DNA of 64,000 nucleotides from Escherichia coli O127:H6 str. E2348/69 (GTDB lineage Bacteria; Pseudomonadota; Gammaproteobacteria; Enterobacterales; Enterobacteriaceae): NCBI RefSeq assembly GCF_000026545.1, contig NC_011601.1; one strand, 5' to 3'. Shown piece by piece: positions 61,494 to 64,000 of this stretch (position 1 is its first letter; each line of letters starts with the position of its first letter). The notes under the pieces were generated by a model. It saw only the letters and a program-made list of their open reading frames with translations, ran no database searches and was not told where the DNA came from. The position numbers and the translations under genes were made by a program.

Positions 61494-64000
61494 TCAGAAA
61501 GAATAACGGAAGTTAGCGTTTATCGCATTGTCCACGTTATATTTCCCGAACGCCGATTTTTCCAGCTCCAAGCCAAAACGCATATTATCCTTAATTTCCG
61601 CATTCATCCCCACATTCATCAGCATTCTGCTGTCCTTTTCACCTTCAAAACGTTTCTCTCCGGATGCATCCCGCAGAACCGTTTCTCCGTTCGCCAGCAG
61701 GTCGAACTGGTAACCCAGCCCGGCTCGCGCGGTAATTTTCCAGTCGTCTCCGGAGAAGGTTCTTCCCACGTCAACACCGGTACGGCCAATCAGTGGGTTA
61801 TAATCCTTGTCTTTCATGCTCAGGGCCATTCCCCGGTCTTCCCAGCTAAAAGATTTTCCTGACACAGAACCGTAAACCAGCTCCATCTGTGGCTCCACCC
61901 AGGACTCTTCCGACAGGTGGTAACGATACCCGACCTCTGCACCGGCATACCAGGAATGAGAGCTGTAGTCTTTTGTACCAAGAGACGCAAAACTCGCCGT
62001 GTACTGATTGTCGTGATGGAGATATTTACCAATCAGGTCAAAATAAGCCCCGGAATCAAAGAGTGCTGAAGCGTACAACCCTCCCCCCACGGATTTGGTT
62101 TTACCACTGAAGGCGTGGCTGCTTGCATTGCTGTCTGTATAGGTCAGTAATGCACCCGTGAACAAATCCACACCGTCCAGCTCATGCTTTCTGTCGGCAC
62201 CAATCTGAACGTGAGTGTAGTTATCGCTGTAACCACCATCTGCCGAACCGGTACCGTTCATGATGCGCGCCCAGACGCCGGCATCCCCCTGAGTATCCCG
62301 CAGGTCACCCATACGCTTGTTCAGATTATTGACCTCTGTCAGGAAGGATTTATAACCTGACGCCATAAAGTCCGTTGCGGTTTTCGAGGCACCGGCATCA
62401 GAGACGGTCTGATACCCTGTCAGCATCCATTTTGTGGCATCATCCGTTTTTTCTGTGCTGATTACCGGCGTGACATTACTGAAACCAATCTGCTGCGTTC
62501 CTGCAGTGAACGTTTTCTCGTCACTCCCTTTCGGTGCGGTAATTAACGTCACGTTCATTTCACTGGCTGGCTTGTTTAAAAAGTCGACCAGGACGGTATT
62601 ATTACTGCCCAACAGTTTATTCGTGACATTCAGCTGGTCAGCCTGACTGTTGTTGGTATGCATCAGGAATGTGGCGTTATTTGCGTTAAGCTCTTTTACC
62701 CGCAGGGTGGCAAAGTCTTTCCCGCCCCCCAGTTCAACTCGTCCCCCCGTACTCTTCAGCGTTCCGATCGTTGAGTTTCCGTCAGAGTACCACAGAGCAT
62801 TGTTCATATTTACCGTACTCTGCTCACCCGTAATGTTGCCACTCAGAACCGCGTTATATCCCTTCATCAGGGAGCTGAATAACGGAGAATCCGTCTCAGC
62901 ATCACCGTCTCCCAGATTAATGGTTGCCGCCGTGGTTCCTGCATGAATATCCGAACTCAGATAGCCCATGTTTTTAACAGAAAGGCTGGCCTTATCTCCG
63001 AGGTTAATCCCTTCCGTTGTAGAAATCACAGGGGAGTAATACTCCTGTTTCTGTGCAGAAGGTGTCCCCGTCAGGATCAGGGAGGCATTTTCTTTTACGT
63101 CCACAGCCCCGGTGCTGAAAATACCGCCCTGAGCCGTTAGTTTTGCTCCTTTTTCGAGGGTCAGGCTGCTGTTGACAAAGCTGCCAACACGATCAAAAAC
63201 AGCATTCTGTGAGGTCACACTCACGGAGCTGTCATAAGCCTCGATACCACCGGTAAATTTATTACCAATATCCAGTAATGAGTGATTATTCAGCGTAACA
63301 TTTCCAAAATAACTGCTGCTCTCAGGAGAAACAGATACACCATCTTTAATATCCTGCCGAAAACCGAAGCCATCTCCCGTGATGTTTTTGCCGTCATACA
63401 TATCAATATGTACTTTTGTATCTTTTCCACTTAAAGACAGAGTGGAATTATTGGCAGAAATATCACCAACAACAATAGCATTACGGCCAACGATAAAATC
63501 TGAATTTATCAGATTCAATGTCTTAAACTTAAACAGACGATTTTCCCAGTCAGGTTGCTCAAATGATGATACCTGATTATTGGTCTTATAATCTGTATTA
63601 TTATTTTTATTGGCTGAGTTTTCCTGTTGCTGTATGCCTGAAACATAATCCTTTTCACAAATAACTCCTGGCAGCATGCAGGTAACCCCACCCTCTCTAA
63701 AAACAGCATGAGATGTAGCATGTCCCTGCATGGTGAGCTGGCTATTCTTAATGTTAATGTCATTTGTAATATCGACATTACCGTCCAGAATCAGGCGACT
63801 ATTATTTTTTTGGGTATCAAACTGGTGGTTTATCTCTGTATTACCTGAAACAGAACCATGATACATATAGTTTGACTGATTATTAACAGAAAGAACTGCT
63901 TTCTGCACTGCACTATTTGTTATGAGTGCTCCTATATCTGTCGCTGCAATTTTATTAAAACTCTGGTCATAACCATTTAAATCCAGAGTACCACCATTTT
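61494..64000 (-). CDS. ypjA: Autotransporter adhesin (AIDA-I type, YpjA-like), N-terminus beyond window end
   Basis: Reverse ORF open to the window edge; repetitive passenger sequence and C-terminal beta-barrel ending ...NAINANFRYSF. Confidence 0.8.
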   Translation of the reverse strand, partial: NGGTLDLNGYDQSFNKIAATDIGALITNSAVQKAVLSVNNQSNYMYHGSVSGNTEINHQFDTQKNNSRLILDGNVDITNDINIKNSQLTMQGHATSHAVFREGGVTCMLPGVICEKDYVSGIQQQENSANKNNNTDYKTNNQVSSFEQPDWENRLFKFKTLNLINSDFIVGRNAIVVGDISANNSTLSLSGKDTKVHIDMYDGKNITGDGFGFRQDIKDGVSVSPESSSYFGNVTLNNHSLLDIGNKFTGGIEAYDSSVSVTSQNAVFDRVGSFVNSSLTLEKGAKLTAQGGIFSTGAVDVKENASLILTGTPSAQKQEYYSPVISTTEGINLGDKASLSVKNMGYLSSDIHAGTTAATINLGDGDAETDSPLFSSLMKGYNAVLSGNITGEQSTVNMNNALWYSDGNSTIGTLKSTGGRVELGGGKDFATLRVKELNANNATFLMHTNNSQADQLNVTNKLLGSNNTVLVDFLNKPASEMNVTLITAPKGSDEKTFTAGTQQIGFSNVTPVISTEKTDDATKWMLTGYQTVSDAGASKTATDFMASGYKSFLTEVNNLNKRMGDLRDTQGDAGVWARIMNGTGSADGGYSDNYTHVQIGADRKHELDGVDLFTGALLTYTDSNASSHAFSGKTKSVGGGLYASALFDSGAYFDLIGKYLHHDNQYTASFASLGTKDYSSHSWYAGAEVGYRYHLSEESWVEPQMELVYGSVSGKSFSWEDRGMALSMKDKDYNPLIGRTGVDVGRTFSGDDWKITARAGLGYQFDLLANGETVLRDASGEKRFEGEKDSRMLMNVGMNAEIKDNMRFGLELEKSAFGKYNVDNAINANFRYSF

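Overview
This window reads as an Escherichia coli chromosomal segment, syntenic from memory with the K-12 yfiE-ung-pssA-kgtP-rrnG-clpB-bamD-pheA-tyrA-aroF-yfiB / rplS-ffh-grpE-recN-smpB-ssrA region. No searches were run; all identities are from reading the translations and rRNA/tRNA/tmRNA signatures. The housekeeping backbone is interrupted by four accessory patches. (1) A decayed IS110-family element between kgtP and the rrnG terminator, whose transposase pseudogene carries a perfect (CCGGGT)~18 hexanucleotide tract. (2) An internally deleted IS4 copy inserted in the bamD terminator hairpin. (3) An ~11.5 kb P2-like prophage remnant integrated at the 3' end of rplS, bounded by a 14-bp direct repeat. 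It keeps the integrase C-terminus, a Pin/Gin-type invertible tail-fibre segment with its invertase, the tail genes FI-FII-E/E'-T-U-D and ogr. It also carries two AT-rich uncharacterised cargo genes just inside the two att arms. (4) A degraded ssrA-linked island with an integrase pseudogene split by an IS21-family element, further IS fragments, and the 3' part of an autotransporter gene. The best candidates for an undescribed system are the two att-proximal cargo ORFs of the P2-like remnant (a 309-aa 4-TM membrane protein translationally coupled to int, and a 240-aa soluble protein with a possible HEPN-like Rx4H motif). Their function is inferred from context only. Coordinates of RNA genes and short sites were counted by hand and may be off by a few bases.
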